This document shows, piece after piece, positions 1 through 9,410 of a DNA stretch of 48,524 bases. This DNA is from Gemmatimonadota bacterium. Lineage in GTDB: Bacteria; Gemmatimonadota; Gemmatimonadetes; Longimicrobiales; RSA9. A program made the translations under genes and the position numbers. Under the pieces are notes generated by a model, which was not told the DNA's origin, searched no databases, and was given only the letters and a program-made list of their open reading frames with translations. The stretch spans positions 1-48,524 of the forward strand of contig JACQVE010000033.1 in assembly GCA_016209965.1 (NCBI GenBank), given 5' to 3'. Position 1 is the first letter of the stretch, and each line of letters starts with the position of its first letter.

Positions 1-793
1 CCGCCACATCCATGAGCAGTCGCGCGAGCTGGTTCACGCTCGTCTCCGCGCCGGCGCCGACATTGAAGCACCGGTCATCGGGGTGGGCGGCCGGCGCAAG
101 CGCAGCTTTCGTGAGCAGCAGATTCGCATCGACGACGTCGCCCACGTAGACATAGTCACGGGTTTGATCCCCGTCGCCGTAAACGCGCAGGGCCTGATCC
201 GTGCGCAGCCGGCTGCAGAAGATGGCCACCACGCCGGCCTCACCGTGCGGGTCCTGGCGCGGACCGTAGACGTTCGAGTAGCGCAGCGCCACCGTGTCCA
301 GGCCGTGGACCACGTGATAGTAATGCACGTAGTACTCGCCGCATAGCTTGCTCACGCCATAGGGCGAAAGCGGCCGCTTCGGCGCCGTCTCCGGCGTGGG
401 GCGCGCCTCTGCCTCGCCGTAGACCACGCCGCCCGACGAGACGAACAGGAATCGCCGGGCATGATGGCGCTTCGCACATTCCAGCACGTTGAGCAGCCCG
501 TCCACGTTCACCCGCGCATCTTCGCGCGGATCTGCCACGGACTGCCGAACATCCACCTGGGCGGCGTGGTGATTGACGACCTCGAAACCGCCCGCCTCTC
601 GAAAAAGGTCGTCCACTCCGGGATCGCCGATATCCAGGCGAATCAGCCGCGCGCCGCTGGGCACGTTCTCCGCCCGCCCGCGCGAAAGGTCATCCACCAC
701 CCATACCTCGTGACCGCGCGCCAGGTAGCCTTGCGCCACATGGCTGCCAATGAAACCCGCTCCACCCGTCACCAGCACCCGGCCTGCTCTCAT
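1..793 (-). CDS. NAD-dependent sugar-nucleotide epimerase/dehydratase (extended SDR, GalE-like); 3' end runs off the window
   Basis: Absent from the ORF track because the frame is open to position 1. My reverse-strand translation from the ATG (complement of 791-793) reads MRAGRVLVTGGAGFIGSHVAQGYLARGHEVWVVDDLSRG...SPYGVSKLCGEYY...RYSNVYGPRQDP. This shows an N-terminal GxxGxxG Rossmann motif and a YxxxK catalytic motif. The ATG overlaps the hemA stop (ATGA). Confidence 0.8.
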   Translation of the reverse strand, partial: MRAGRVLVTGGAGFIGSHVAQGYLARGHEVWVVDDLSRGRAENVPSGARLIRLDIGDPGVDDLFREAGGFEVVNHHAAQVDVRQSVADPREDARVNVDGLLNVLECAKRHHARRFLFVSSGGVVYGEAEARPTPETAPKRPLSPYGVSKLCGEYYVHYYHVVHGLDTVALRYSNVYGPRQDPHGEAGVVAIFCSRLRTDQALRVYGDGDQTRDYVYVGDVVDANLLLTKAALAPAAHPDDRCFNVGAGAETSVNQLARLLMDVA

Positions 794-2094
794 GTGTTCG
801 TGGAGGTCGTATCCGATGAGTCCAGCTCGAAGAGGTAGCGTGCCGCATCCAGCAGACTGGCGCCACGACCGTTTGCCGCCGCCTCCCGCAGCCGCACGGT
901 GGGAACGTGTAACAGCTTGTTCAGGAGCTGCTGCGTCAGCGATTCGATCCTCTCGCGGTCCTCCGGGGCGAGGTGACGCAGCTTGCCCAGCGCTTTCTCC
1001 ACCTCTGCGCGGCGGAGCTGCTCCGCCTGCCCGCGCAGAGTGCGGATCAGCGGAATTACATCCAGAGACAAGTACCAGTTCCAGTACTCGGTCGCGGCCT
1101 CGGCAACCAGCCGCTCGGCCGCAGGGATCTCCGCCCGGCGACGACCCAGGTTCTCCTCGACAATCTGGCGGAGGTCGTCCAGATCATAGAGGAACAGGTT
1201 GGGCACGCCGCCCACCGCAGGATCGACATCCCTGGGCACGGCAATATCCACAACCAGCAGGGGCCGGCGCGGCCCGCCCGGCAAGGCGCGCTCGACCAGT
1301 TCGCGGCCGAGCACCACGTGCGGCGCGGAAGTAGCCGCTGCGACAATGTCGGCCTGCGGGAGCCACTGGACGAGATCATCGAAGCTGATCGCGCGGCCCC
1401 CAACGCGTTGCGCCAGCTCCTGCGCCCGCGCCCCCGGCCGGCGCGCGGCGACTACGCTTTTCACACCCTCACTACTCAGGCACTGCAAGGCCAGCTCGGC
1501 CATCTCGCCGGCGCCCAGCACGATGGCCCGGCGGCCACGGAGCGAGCCGAAGATCTTCCTGGCCAGCTCGACGGCGGCAGAAGGGATGGAGGCCGCGCCC
1601 ACCGCCAATGCCGTCTCGCTGCGCACCCGGCCGCCTACGCCCAGGGCGCTCTGGAACAGCCTGGACAGCACAGGGCCCACCACCCCGGGCTGAGCCGCGA
1701 TGCTGGCCGCCTGTTCGTACGCCGAGCGGACCTGCCCCTGGATCTCCGCCTCGCCCACCACCATCGAGTCCAGACTGGTCACCACGCGGAACAGGTGCTC
1801 CACCCCCGCCAGACCTTCCCGGCGATACAGGTATGGCATCGCGCGCTCGAGCTCGAGCCCCGCCTGCCCGGCCAGCAGCGACGCGGCCGCCGCCTCCGCC
1901 GCAGCAGCGCCATCCGCAGCGTGGAAGTAGAGCTCCGTGCGGTTGCACGTCGATAGCAGCACCGCCTCGATCCCACCCCTCGCGCCGGCAAAGCGCAGCA
2001 AGGCCGGCGCGCTGTCCTCCGGCGGGAAGACGAAGCGCTCGCGCACGGCTAGCGGCGCCGTGTGATGGCTTATGCCTACAACCCCGATGGGCAT
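790..2094 (-). CDS. hemA: Glutamyl-tRNA reductase
   Basis: 434-aa ORF. The N-terminus MPIGVVGISHHTAPLAVRERF, the LSTCNRTELY catalytic-Cys motif and the VLGAGEMAE NADPH-binding segment are typical of HemA. Confidence 0.95.
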   Translation of the reverse strand: MPIGVVGISHHTAPLAVRERFVFPPEDSAPALLRFAGARGGIEAVLLSTCNRTELYFHAADGAAAAEAAAASLLAGQAGLELERAMPYLYRREGLAGVEHLFRVVTSLDSMVVGEAEIQGQVRSAYEQAASIAAQPGVVGPVLSRLFQSALGVGGRVRSETALAVGAASIPSAAVELARKIFGSLRGRRAIVLGAGEMAELALQCLSSEGVKSVVAARRPGARAQELAQRVGGRAISFDDLVQWLPQADIVAAATSAPHVVLGRELVERALPGGPRRPLLVVDIAVPRDVDPAVGGVPNLFLYDLDDLRQIVEENLGRRRAEIPAAERLVAEAATEYWNWYLSLDVIPLIRTLRGQAEQLRRAEVEKALGKLRHLAPEDRERIESLTQQLLNKLLHVPTVRLREAAANGRGASLLDAARYLFELDSSDTTSTNT

Positions 2095-2220
2095 GGGTCC
2101 GGCCGCATCTCCGAAACGCTGCCGCTCCTACCGAGCGGTCCCCAGATTTCCCCTGGCCCTAGAATCCTTGGCCCGAAAAAGTTGTAGGTCGGGTCTGAGG
2201 CAGAGCCTCGTTAGCCCTCA

Positions 2221-3039
2221 CTACAGGAAAACGCGTCCCTCCGCCAGCGCGAGTCGCAGAATCAAGTACGCCAGCACGACCAGCACGAATCCCAGCACGC
2301 TGGCCACTGCGCCGCGGCGGCGCCGATCGGCGCCGCCCGCCCGGGCAGCCAGCGCCACCACGAAAACGATCCAGGTGAACACGCCCCAGATCACCTGGGA
2401 CTGCACGCCGGCGACCGAGCCGCGGAAGCGTACGGTCCAGGCCCAGCCCAGCACCAGGGCCAGGCTCAGCGCGGGGAACCCGATGCCCAGGGCCTGCCGC
2501 CCCGTGCGGTCCAGGGTGTCCAGGGAAGGGAAGAAGCGGAACGTCCTGCCAAAGTTCTTCCCCTTGAGCGCGCGGAACTGCAGCAGATACATGAGCCCGG
2601 CCGCGAAGGAGAGGGCCAGCGCCGCGTACCCCAGGAACGCCAGCACCACATGCAGGGCGAACCATGCGCCGCGGAAGGCGGGCGGCTCGCCCGCCGGCTC
2701 GAGCCCGAGCGCCATGCCCGGCACGAGCAGGAAGGCGATGAGCGGCAGCAGCACCAGCCCCAGCGGCCGTCCCTCCTTGCGCAACGCGGCGGCGGCAAGC
2801 AGAAAGGCGCCGATCAGGAAGCCCAGCGTCGAGAGCGAGGGGCCGAGCCCGACGAGCGGCAGTTCGCCGAACGCGGCCCCGTATGCCGCCAGCCCGGCCG
2901 CGTGTGCCAGCACCGCACCCCACGCGCCCAGAACGCCGGCCAGCGGCGCGGCACTGCGGCCGCCGGCGAGCGAAGCGACCAGGATCCCGCCAGAGCAAAC
3001 GTACAGGACCAGCGCCAGGCCATGGAGGGCGATGACCAT
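2221..3039 (-). CDS. Cytochrome c assembly family polytopic membrane protein (HemX/CcsA-like)
   Basis: 272-aa hydrophobic ORF with about 8 helices, adjacent to hemA as in hemA/hemX arrangements. I do not see the canonical Trp-rich WGxxWxWD heme-handling motif, so I call it HemX-like rather than a bona fide CcsA. Confidence 0.7.
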   Translation of the reverse strand: MVIALHGLALVLYVCSGGILVASLAGGRSAAPLAGVLGAWGAVLAHAAGLAAYGAAFGELPLVGLGPSLSTLGFLIGAFLLAAAALRKEGRPLGLVLLPLIAFLLVPGMALGLEPAGEPPAFRGAWFALHVVLAFLGYAALALSFAAGLMYLLQFRALKGKNFGRTFRFFPSLDTLDRTGRQALGIGFPALSLALVLGWAWTVRFRGSVAGVQSQVIWGVFTWIVFVVALAARAGGADRRRRGAVASVLGFVLVVLAYLILRLALAEGRVFL

Positions 3040-3056
3040 AAGGCGGCTACATAGTG

Positions 3057-3078
3057 ACGGGCGCCTCGCGGCGCCCGT
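3057..3078 (-). terminator. GC-rich hairpin downstream of the LysM gene
   Basis: ACGGGCGCC-tcgc-GGCGCCCGT forms a perfect 9-bp stem with a 4-nt loop. It lies about 50 nt after the LysM stop and about 17 nt before the next ATG. No U-tract follows, so it may be a processing or attenuation hairpin rather than a classical terminator. Confidence 0.35.
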
Positions 3079-3129
3079 GCCCCGTCAGCGGAGCCGTCGC
3101 TCCTGGCTCGATGAGGAGGAGCCGACGTG

Positions 3130-4341
3130 TCACGGCATCTTGCGGATCACGCGGACCGGTAGCCCCACGGCAAGGGCCGCGCTCGTCACTCTCAGGATCC
3201 GGACGGTGCCCGTCCGCTCGCCCACCCGAATGACCCGCAGTCGGGCCACGGGCTCCGGCGGCATGAGATGCGAGCCGTCCGCCTCCACCGGCCGCTCCGG
3301 GATGTAGGCAATCAGCTCGTCGCCAATAGCCAGGCCGTGCGCGCGACCCAGGGAAATGAAGGCGGCGTCCGAGGGGCCGTACAATGGCTGCTCGACAACG
3401 AAGCCCACGACCTCACCCTGCGCACCATCCTCCACCGGCTGCGGCGCCGCGTTAGGCAACTCGGGGAACGGCTCCGGGCTCAGCGCCAGGCTCCCCGCCT
3501 TGACCTCGCCGAATTGCTTGCTCACGACGGCTCCCATGGCCTGGGCCTGGCGTGACGCGACGGTCAGAATGGCCTGGGGATGGATGATGCGGCCCCACCC
3601 CGGGATCTCGCGCCCCACACGCACCAGCACCAGTCGATCACCCACTTGCGGCGCTGGCGCCGCGCCGTAGCTCAGGGCCAGGCGGTCGAAGGGGTGGGCC
3701 GACTCCGAGAGCTTGCTTTTCCCGGCCCGCGGGTCGAGCACGCCGATCACCTGCCCGACCACCTCGAGCGCCGCAGAATCGGCCAGCCAGGCCGTCGCCT
3801 GAAACTCGTCCGCCTGTACTGGCGGTGCCACCTCGGGCGCCGCGATGAGCAGCGTGGGGCCGGCGCCCTGGTCGGCACCCGTACGGTAGAAACGGGTGCG
3901 CGCCTGTGCCGCCGCCTCCCCTGCCAGCTCCTCCCGCTGAATGGCGCGGCCGAAGCCCACCTGCGCGATGGGCAACTCCCCCTCCAGCGCCACCTCCACG
4001 CCCGTCTCCGGCCCGAGCCCGGGGATCACCAGGCGCTCGTCCGGATAGATCAGGTGCGGACTGCGCAGCATCCAGCGATTGGCTTCGTAGATGACCGGCC
4101 AGCGGTAGGGGTCGTTGTAGTACTGCCGGGCCAGCTCCCAGAGCGTCTCGCCCGGGCGGACCACGTGCCCCCGCCCCGCCGGCCGCTCCCCGGCCGCCGC
4201 TGCCGGTTCCTGTGCTGCTGCCGGCGCCGTGGCGAAGAGCGCCGCAAGCAGAGCCGCTGCCACGCCTCCGCCAATACGCCAAGTGCTACCGTCATGTTGC
4301 GGCGTCGCCAGGCTGGACTGATTTCGGATCGCTCGGTTCAC
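3130..4341 (-). CDS. Secreted LysM (peptidoglycan-binding) domain protein
   Basis: LysM signature HVVRPGETLWELARQYYNDPYRWPVIYEANR...LIYPDERLVIPG. A signal-peptide-like segment GGVAAALLAALFATAPAAAQEP is present. I trimmed the track ORF (3130..4446) to the GTG at complement 4339-4341 because a GGAGG Shine-Dalgarno sits 8 nt upstream. Confidence 0.8.
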   Translation of the reverse strand: MNRAIRNQSSLATPQHDGSTWRIGGGVAAALLAALFATAPAAAQEPAAAAGERPAGRGHVVRPGETLWELARQYYNDPYRWPVIYEANRWMLRSPHLIYPDERLVIPGLGPETGVEVALEGELPIAQVGFGRAIQREELAGEAAAQARTRFYRTGADQGAGPTLLIAAPEVAPPVQADEFQATAWLADSAALEVVGQVIGVLDPRAGKSKLSESAHPFDRLALSYGAAPAPQVGDRLVLVRVGREIPGWGRIIHPQAILTVASRQAQAMGAVVSKQFGEVKAGSLALSPEPFPELPNAAPQPVEDGAQGEVVGFVVEQPLYGPSDAAFISLGRAHGLAIGDELIAYIPERPVEADGSHLMPPEPVARLRVIRVGERTGTVRILRVTSAALAVGLPVRVIRKMP

Positions 4342-4461
4342 GGAAAATTCCTCCCGGCAGGCCGGACACATCTGGCCACGCGGGCTCGGCCAGGCGCGCA
4401 CCCGGCAGGAGGCGCCCAACCCCTCGAGCCCGGGCCGCTGAGACAAGGCGGGAACCCTCTC

Positions 4462-4490
4462 AACTTAGGGCGCAGGTTGGCCTGTGTCAA
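4462..4490 (-). promoter_or_regulatory. Candidate sigma70-type promoter for the LysM gene
   Basis: On the minus strand there is a perfect -35 TTGACA (complement of 4485-4490), a 17-nt spacer, and a -10-like TAAGTT (complement of 4462-4467). This is about 120 nt upstream of the GTG start. Sequence pattern only. Confidence 0.35.
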
Positions 4491-4498
4491 TCGAATAG

Positions 4499-4522
4499 AC
4501 GTGCGGACGTGCGGGCGTGCGG
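4499..4522. repeat. Three tandem octamers (ACGTGCGG, ACGTGCGG, GCGTGCGG)
   Basis: Read directly from the sequence. The repeats lie in the hemB-LysM intergenic region and abut the 4522-4542 palindrome. A fourth ACGTGCG copy lies at 4544-4550 on the other side of the palindrome. Confidence 0.8.
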
Positions 4523-4542
4523 GTAGTGGGTCACCCACTACC
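4522..4542 (-). terminator. 21-nt palindrome / hairpin spanning the hemB stop codon
   Basis: GGTAGTGGGT-c-ACCCACTACC has 10-nt perfect arms. The hemB TAG stop (complement of 4538-4540) lies inside the stem. No U-tract follows. Confidence 0.4.
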
Positions 4543-5518
4543 GACGTGCGAACTCGCGCGCCCAGTAGCTCACGATCAGGTCCGCACCGGCCCGCTTGAT
4601 CGATACCAGCGCCTCACGCATCGCGCGTTCTGCATCGAGCCACCCCCGCTCGCCGGCGGCCAGGATGGCCGCGTACTCGCCCGAGACGTGGTACGCGCAG
4701 ACCGGGTATCCCGTCGCCTGCTTGACGCGCCATACGACATCCAGGTAGCCATGGGCCGGCTTCACCATGACAATGTCCGCGCCTTCCTCGATGTCCTGGC
4801 GCACCTCGCGCAACGCCTCTTCTACATTGGCCGGGTCCATCTGGTACCCCTGTCGATCGCCGAACTGCGGCGCGCTTTCGGCCGCCTCGCGGAACGGGCC
4901 GTAGAAGGCCGAAGCGAACTTGGCTGCATAGGACAAAATGGCGACCCGGCCCAGCCCCTCGGCATCCAGTGTCCGGCGGATGGCTGCCACGCGGCCGTCC
5001 ATCATGTCGCTGGGCGCGACCAGGTCGGCACCTGCGCGAGCGTGGCTCAGAGCCTGCGCCGCGAGCAGCTCGAGGGTTTCGTCGTTCGCGACTTCGCCAT
5101 CGCGTACAATGCCGCAGTGCCCATGAGACGTATATTCGCAGAGGCACACGTCCGTGATGACCACCAGCTCCGGGACCTCCCGCTTCACTGCCGCCACCGC
5201 GCGCTGAACAATGCCCTCTTCCGCGTACGCCTCGCTACCCCGCTCGTCCTTTCCGCTCGGAATGCCGAACAGCAGGATGGCCGGCACTCCCAGCTCCGCG
5301 GCCTCGACCGCATCCCTTACCAGTTCGTCCACCGAGGTCTGGTGCACGCCGGGCATGGACTGCACCGGTCGGCGGACGCCGCCGCCCGGCACCACGAAGA
5401 GCGGGAGGATGAGGTCCTCGACTCCGACCCGCGTCTCCCGGATCATGTTTCGCAAGTTCGGCGTGCGGCGCAGCCGGCGGGGACGGTATTCCGGGAAGCT
5501 GGACATAGAATGCCTCAT
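4538..5518 (-). CDS. hemB: Porphobilinogen synthase (delta-aminolevulinate dehydratase)
   Basis: Motifs seen: [17 protein letters not shown] near the N-terminus, the zinc-site Cys cluster [14 protein letters not shown], and the Schiff-base lysine motif IVMVKPA. An alternative start is the second ATG at complement of 5504-5506 (MSSFPEY), which has GAGG 6 nt upstream. Confidence 0.95.
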   Translation of the reverse strand: MRHSMSSFPEYRPRRLRRTPNLRNMIRETRVGVEDLILPLFVVPGGGVRRPVQSMPGVHQTSVDELVRDAVEAAELGVPAILLFGIPSGKDERGSEAYAEEGIVQRAVAAVKREVPELVVITDVCLCEYTSHGHCGIVRDGEVANDETLELLAAQALSHARAGADLVAPSDMMDGRVAAIRRTLDAEGLGRVAILSYAAKFASAFYGPFREAAESAPQFGDRQGYQMDPANVEEALREVRQDIEEGADIVMVKPAHGYLDVVWRVKQATGYPVCAYHVSGEYAAILAAGERGWLDAERAMREALVSIKRAGADLIVSYWAREFARR

Positions 5519-5582
5519 TCCTGCGAGCGGTGAACTCCTCGTATGGGCGGGGCTGCCAGCGGCTGCATCAACCGGCAGCGCA

Positions 5583-6032
5583 TCAACTGTGGTTCGCCAC
5601 AGCCAGCACCTTGCACATCACGAGCGCGTCCTCCACCGGATCGACGTAATAGTTGGGGCGGCGCCCGACGGCGTGGAACCCGTGCCGCTCGTAGAGCTGT
5701 TGCGCGCGTGCGTTGGACGCCCGGACCTCGAGATACAGCTCGTGCACGCCGCGCCCCCGCGCACTCGCCAGGGCCGCGACCAGCAGCCTGGTGCCGATCC
5801 CCTGTCCTCGCCACGCCGGCGCCACGGCAATATTCCCCAGCTCGCCCTGGTCCGTCACTGCCCACAGCACCGCGTGGCCCACCAGCTCGCCATCGACTTC
5901 GGCCACCAGCAGCTCGGCATCCGTCCGGCGCAAGAGTCCGCGGAACGTCGCCTCGGTCCAGGGCATGGAAAAGGACGCTTGCTCCACTTCCATGACCCGT
6001 GGCAGGTCGGGGTCCTGCATCGTCCTGATCAT
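5583..6032 (-). CDS. rimI: Ribosomal-protein-alanine N-acetyltransferase (GNAT)
   Basis: GNAT acetyl-CoA motif [18 protein letters not shown]. The gene sits directly downstream of tsaB, the classical tsaB-rimI context. I trimmed the track ORF (5583..6401) to the ATG at complement 6030-6032 (MIRTMQD), 8 nt after the tsaB stop. Confidence 0.85.
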   Translation of the reverse strand: MIRTMQDPDLPRVMEVEQASFSMPWTEATFRGLLRRTDAELLVAEVDGELVGHAVLWAVTDQGELGNIAVAPAWRGQGIGTRLLVAALASARGRGVHELYLEVRASNARAQQLYERHGFHAVGRRPNYYVDPVEDALVMCKVLAVANHS

Positions 6033-6040
6033 GACTTCCG

Positions 6041-6739
6041 TCACCCCTCGACGCCTCGTTCCGCGCTCCACCCCCGCACGTACAGCGGCTGCCACTCCGC
6101 CGGGGCGGCCACGCGCCCCTGCTCCGGGGCCACGTCCGCCAGCCAGAGGAGCGCTGTCGCGCTGGGCACGCTGAGGTGCGCCGGCGCGACGCTGCCACCC
6201 GCCGCCTGGATCCGGCGCTGGTGCGAGAGCGCAGCGCTCCCGGCAAAGATGGCCGGCTCGGCCACCCGCGCGCCCAGCTCCTCCAGCAGCTCGGGCATGC
6301 GCCACCCCCCGGGCGGGAGCACCGTCTCGATGCTCGCGAAACCCGGAAACCGGTAGCATCCCGCGTAAACCTCTCCGCGACGGGCGTCGAACAGCCCGCA
6401 CACGGGTCTGCCCTCGGCTCCCACCACCGCCGCCAGCGCAGCCAGCCCGGAGAACGCGAACAGCGGCACGCCCAGCACCCGGACCAGCGCCTTCGCCGTT
6501 GCAGCCGCAATGCGAACTCCCGTGAAGGATCCCGGTCCCCCACCTACCACCACGCCAGCGATATCCTTCGGCCGCATGCTGGCCGATCGCAGCACGAAAT
6601 CCACGGCCGGCAGCAGCGACTCCGAGTGGCGCACGACCACCCCCATGACCGCGGCGGCAAGCAGCTTGTCGCCCCGGCCCACCGCGACGCTCCCGAGCGG
6701 CGTCGACGTCTCAATGGCCAGGTACGGCCCCACCCCCAT
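6041..6739 (-). CDS. tsaB: tRNA t6A37 threonylcarbamoyl-transfer protein TsaB (YeaZ)
   Basis: N-terminus YLAIETSTPLGSVAVGRG and the internal GPGSFTGVRI motif are typical of TsaB/YeaZ. The gene is flanked by tsaE and rimI. Confidence 0.9.
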   Translation of the reverse strand: MGVGPYLAIETSTPLGSVAVGRGDKLLAAAVMGVVVRHSESLLPAVDFVLRSASMRPKDIAGVVVGGGPGSFTGVRIAAATAKALVRVLGVPLFAFSGLAALAAVVGAEGRPVCGLFDARRGEVYAGCYRFPGFASIETVLPPGGWRMPELLEELGARVAEPAIFAGSAALSHQRRIQAAGGSVAPAHLSVPSATALLWLADVAPEQGRVAAPAEWQPLYVRGWSAERGVEG

Positions 6740-6749
6740 AGTTCTCGTC

Positions 6750-6785
6750 CCCGTTCCCGTTCCCGACCCCGTACCCGTACCCGTA
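6750..6785 (-). repeat. Six tandem hexamers; mRNA sense reads (TACGGG)3 GTCGGG (AACGGG)2
   Basis: The plus strand reads cccgtt cccgtt cccgac cccgta cccgta cccgta. The tract lies in the 63-nt tsaE-tsaB intercistronic gap and ends 10 nt before the tsaB ATG. Confidence 0.9.
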
Positions 6786-6802
6786 CGCGGAACGCCCCCT
6801 TG

Positions 6803-7254
6803 TCAAGCGACGGGCAGCTCCGGCAGCTCGGGCGCCTTCCTCCGCCGCATGGCCCACACCATGCGAACGTCCGCGCCCGGCTCGGGGATCTCGAGCTGGA
6901 TGTCCCAGCGGTCGGGCGGCAGCAGCGCCTCGGCCCGCTCCGGCCACTCGATCAACACGATCTGCCCGTCCTCACCGAGCTCCTGCCACCCCAGTTCCCA
7001 GACCTCCTGCGGCTCCTCGAGCCGATACAGGTCGTAGTGGTACACATCGACGCTGCGGCTGCCCTGGTATCGGAAGACGAGGTTGAAGCTAGGCGAGGGC
7101 ATGGGGCCGCTCACACCCGCGCCGCGCGCCACGGCCCGGGCCAGCACCGATTTGCCCGCGCCCAGCTCGCCACGCAGCGCCAGCACCGCCGGCACCTGCA
7201 CGCTGGCCCCGATACGCTCGCCCCAGGCGACCAGCTGCGCTTCGCTCAGGACGG

Positions 7255-7258
<4 letters not shown>
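6803..7258 (-). CDS. tsaE: tRNA t6A37 ATPase TsaE (YjeE)
   Basis: P-loop [10 protein letters not shown] followed by [10 protein letters not shown]...YHYDLYRL is typical of TsaE. The 3' end is firm. The 5' end is uncertain because no ATG, GTG or TTG occurs at the expected position (see findings). The start given is the ATA codon that overlaps the uvrB TAG. Confidence 0.75.
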
Positions 7259-9276
<2,018 letters not shown>

Positions 9277-9410
9277 GTGCTCTACTACCCCCGACGTTCC
9301 TGCGAGCTAGCTCTCACGAGCGACACCTCGTGATCAAGCTTGGATCAAGTCGAGGGGTAATGCGAACGGTGCGGCCCTGCTTAGCCTCCGCGGTCCGGGC
9401 GGCCGCCGGG

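Noticed and set aside
2159-2164. Good -10-like TAGAAT on the plus strand (also at 29998-30003).
   Set aside because: At 2159 there is no plus-strand gene downstream and no acceptable -35. The 29998 copy, 56 nt upstream of the 30059 epimerase ATG, might be real, but it also lacks a convincing -35, so I did not list it as a feature.
2072-3307. 411-aa plus-strand ORF overlapping the HemX-like and LysM genes. Similar long ORFs occur at 973-1956(+), 3580-4599(+), 5515-6543(-), 8119-9333(+), 10314-11408(+), 10798-12351(-), 21418-22908(+), 23683-25251(+), 33885-35327(-) and 46003-47661(-).
   Set aside because: These are typical high-GC shadow ORFs. Their products are Arg/Pro/Ala/Gly-rich low-complexity sequences with no recognisable motifs. 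Each lies antisense to, or out of frame with, an ORF carrying unambiguous family signatures.
5560-5590. Direct repeat GCATCAAC x2 and a 6-bp stem between rimI and hemB, considered as a terminator.
   Set aside because: The stem is short with a 16-nt loop and no U-tract, which is indistinguishable from chance in GC-rich DNA.
5583-6401. N-terminal extensions of the track ORFs 5583-6401, 6803-8140, 22192-22923, 26388-27425, 29198-30319, 32573-33634 and 3130-4446.
   Set aside because: The extensions overlap the upstream gene or are low-complexity. Internal starts coincide with the family N-termini, with SD sequences, or with 4-nt stop/start overlaps, so I trimmed the calls.
6750-6785. Hexamer repeat considered as a CRISPR-like or coding (Gly-Tyr repeat, ORF 6711-6947) element.
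   Set aside because: The units are contiguous 6-mers without spacers, so it is not a CRISPR array. The overlapping 78-aa ORF is a shadow frame spanning the tsaE stop and the tsaB start.
9399-9408. GGCGGCCGCC palindrome just after the rel stop, considered as a terminator.
   Set aside because: It is a 10-bp loop-less GC palindrome. Such palindromes are common in this composition and it cannot form a stable hairpin with a loop.
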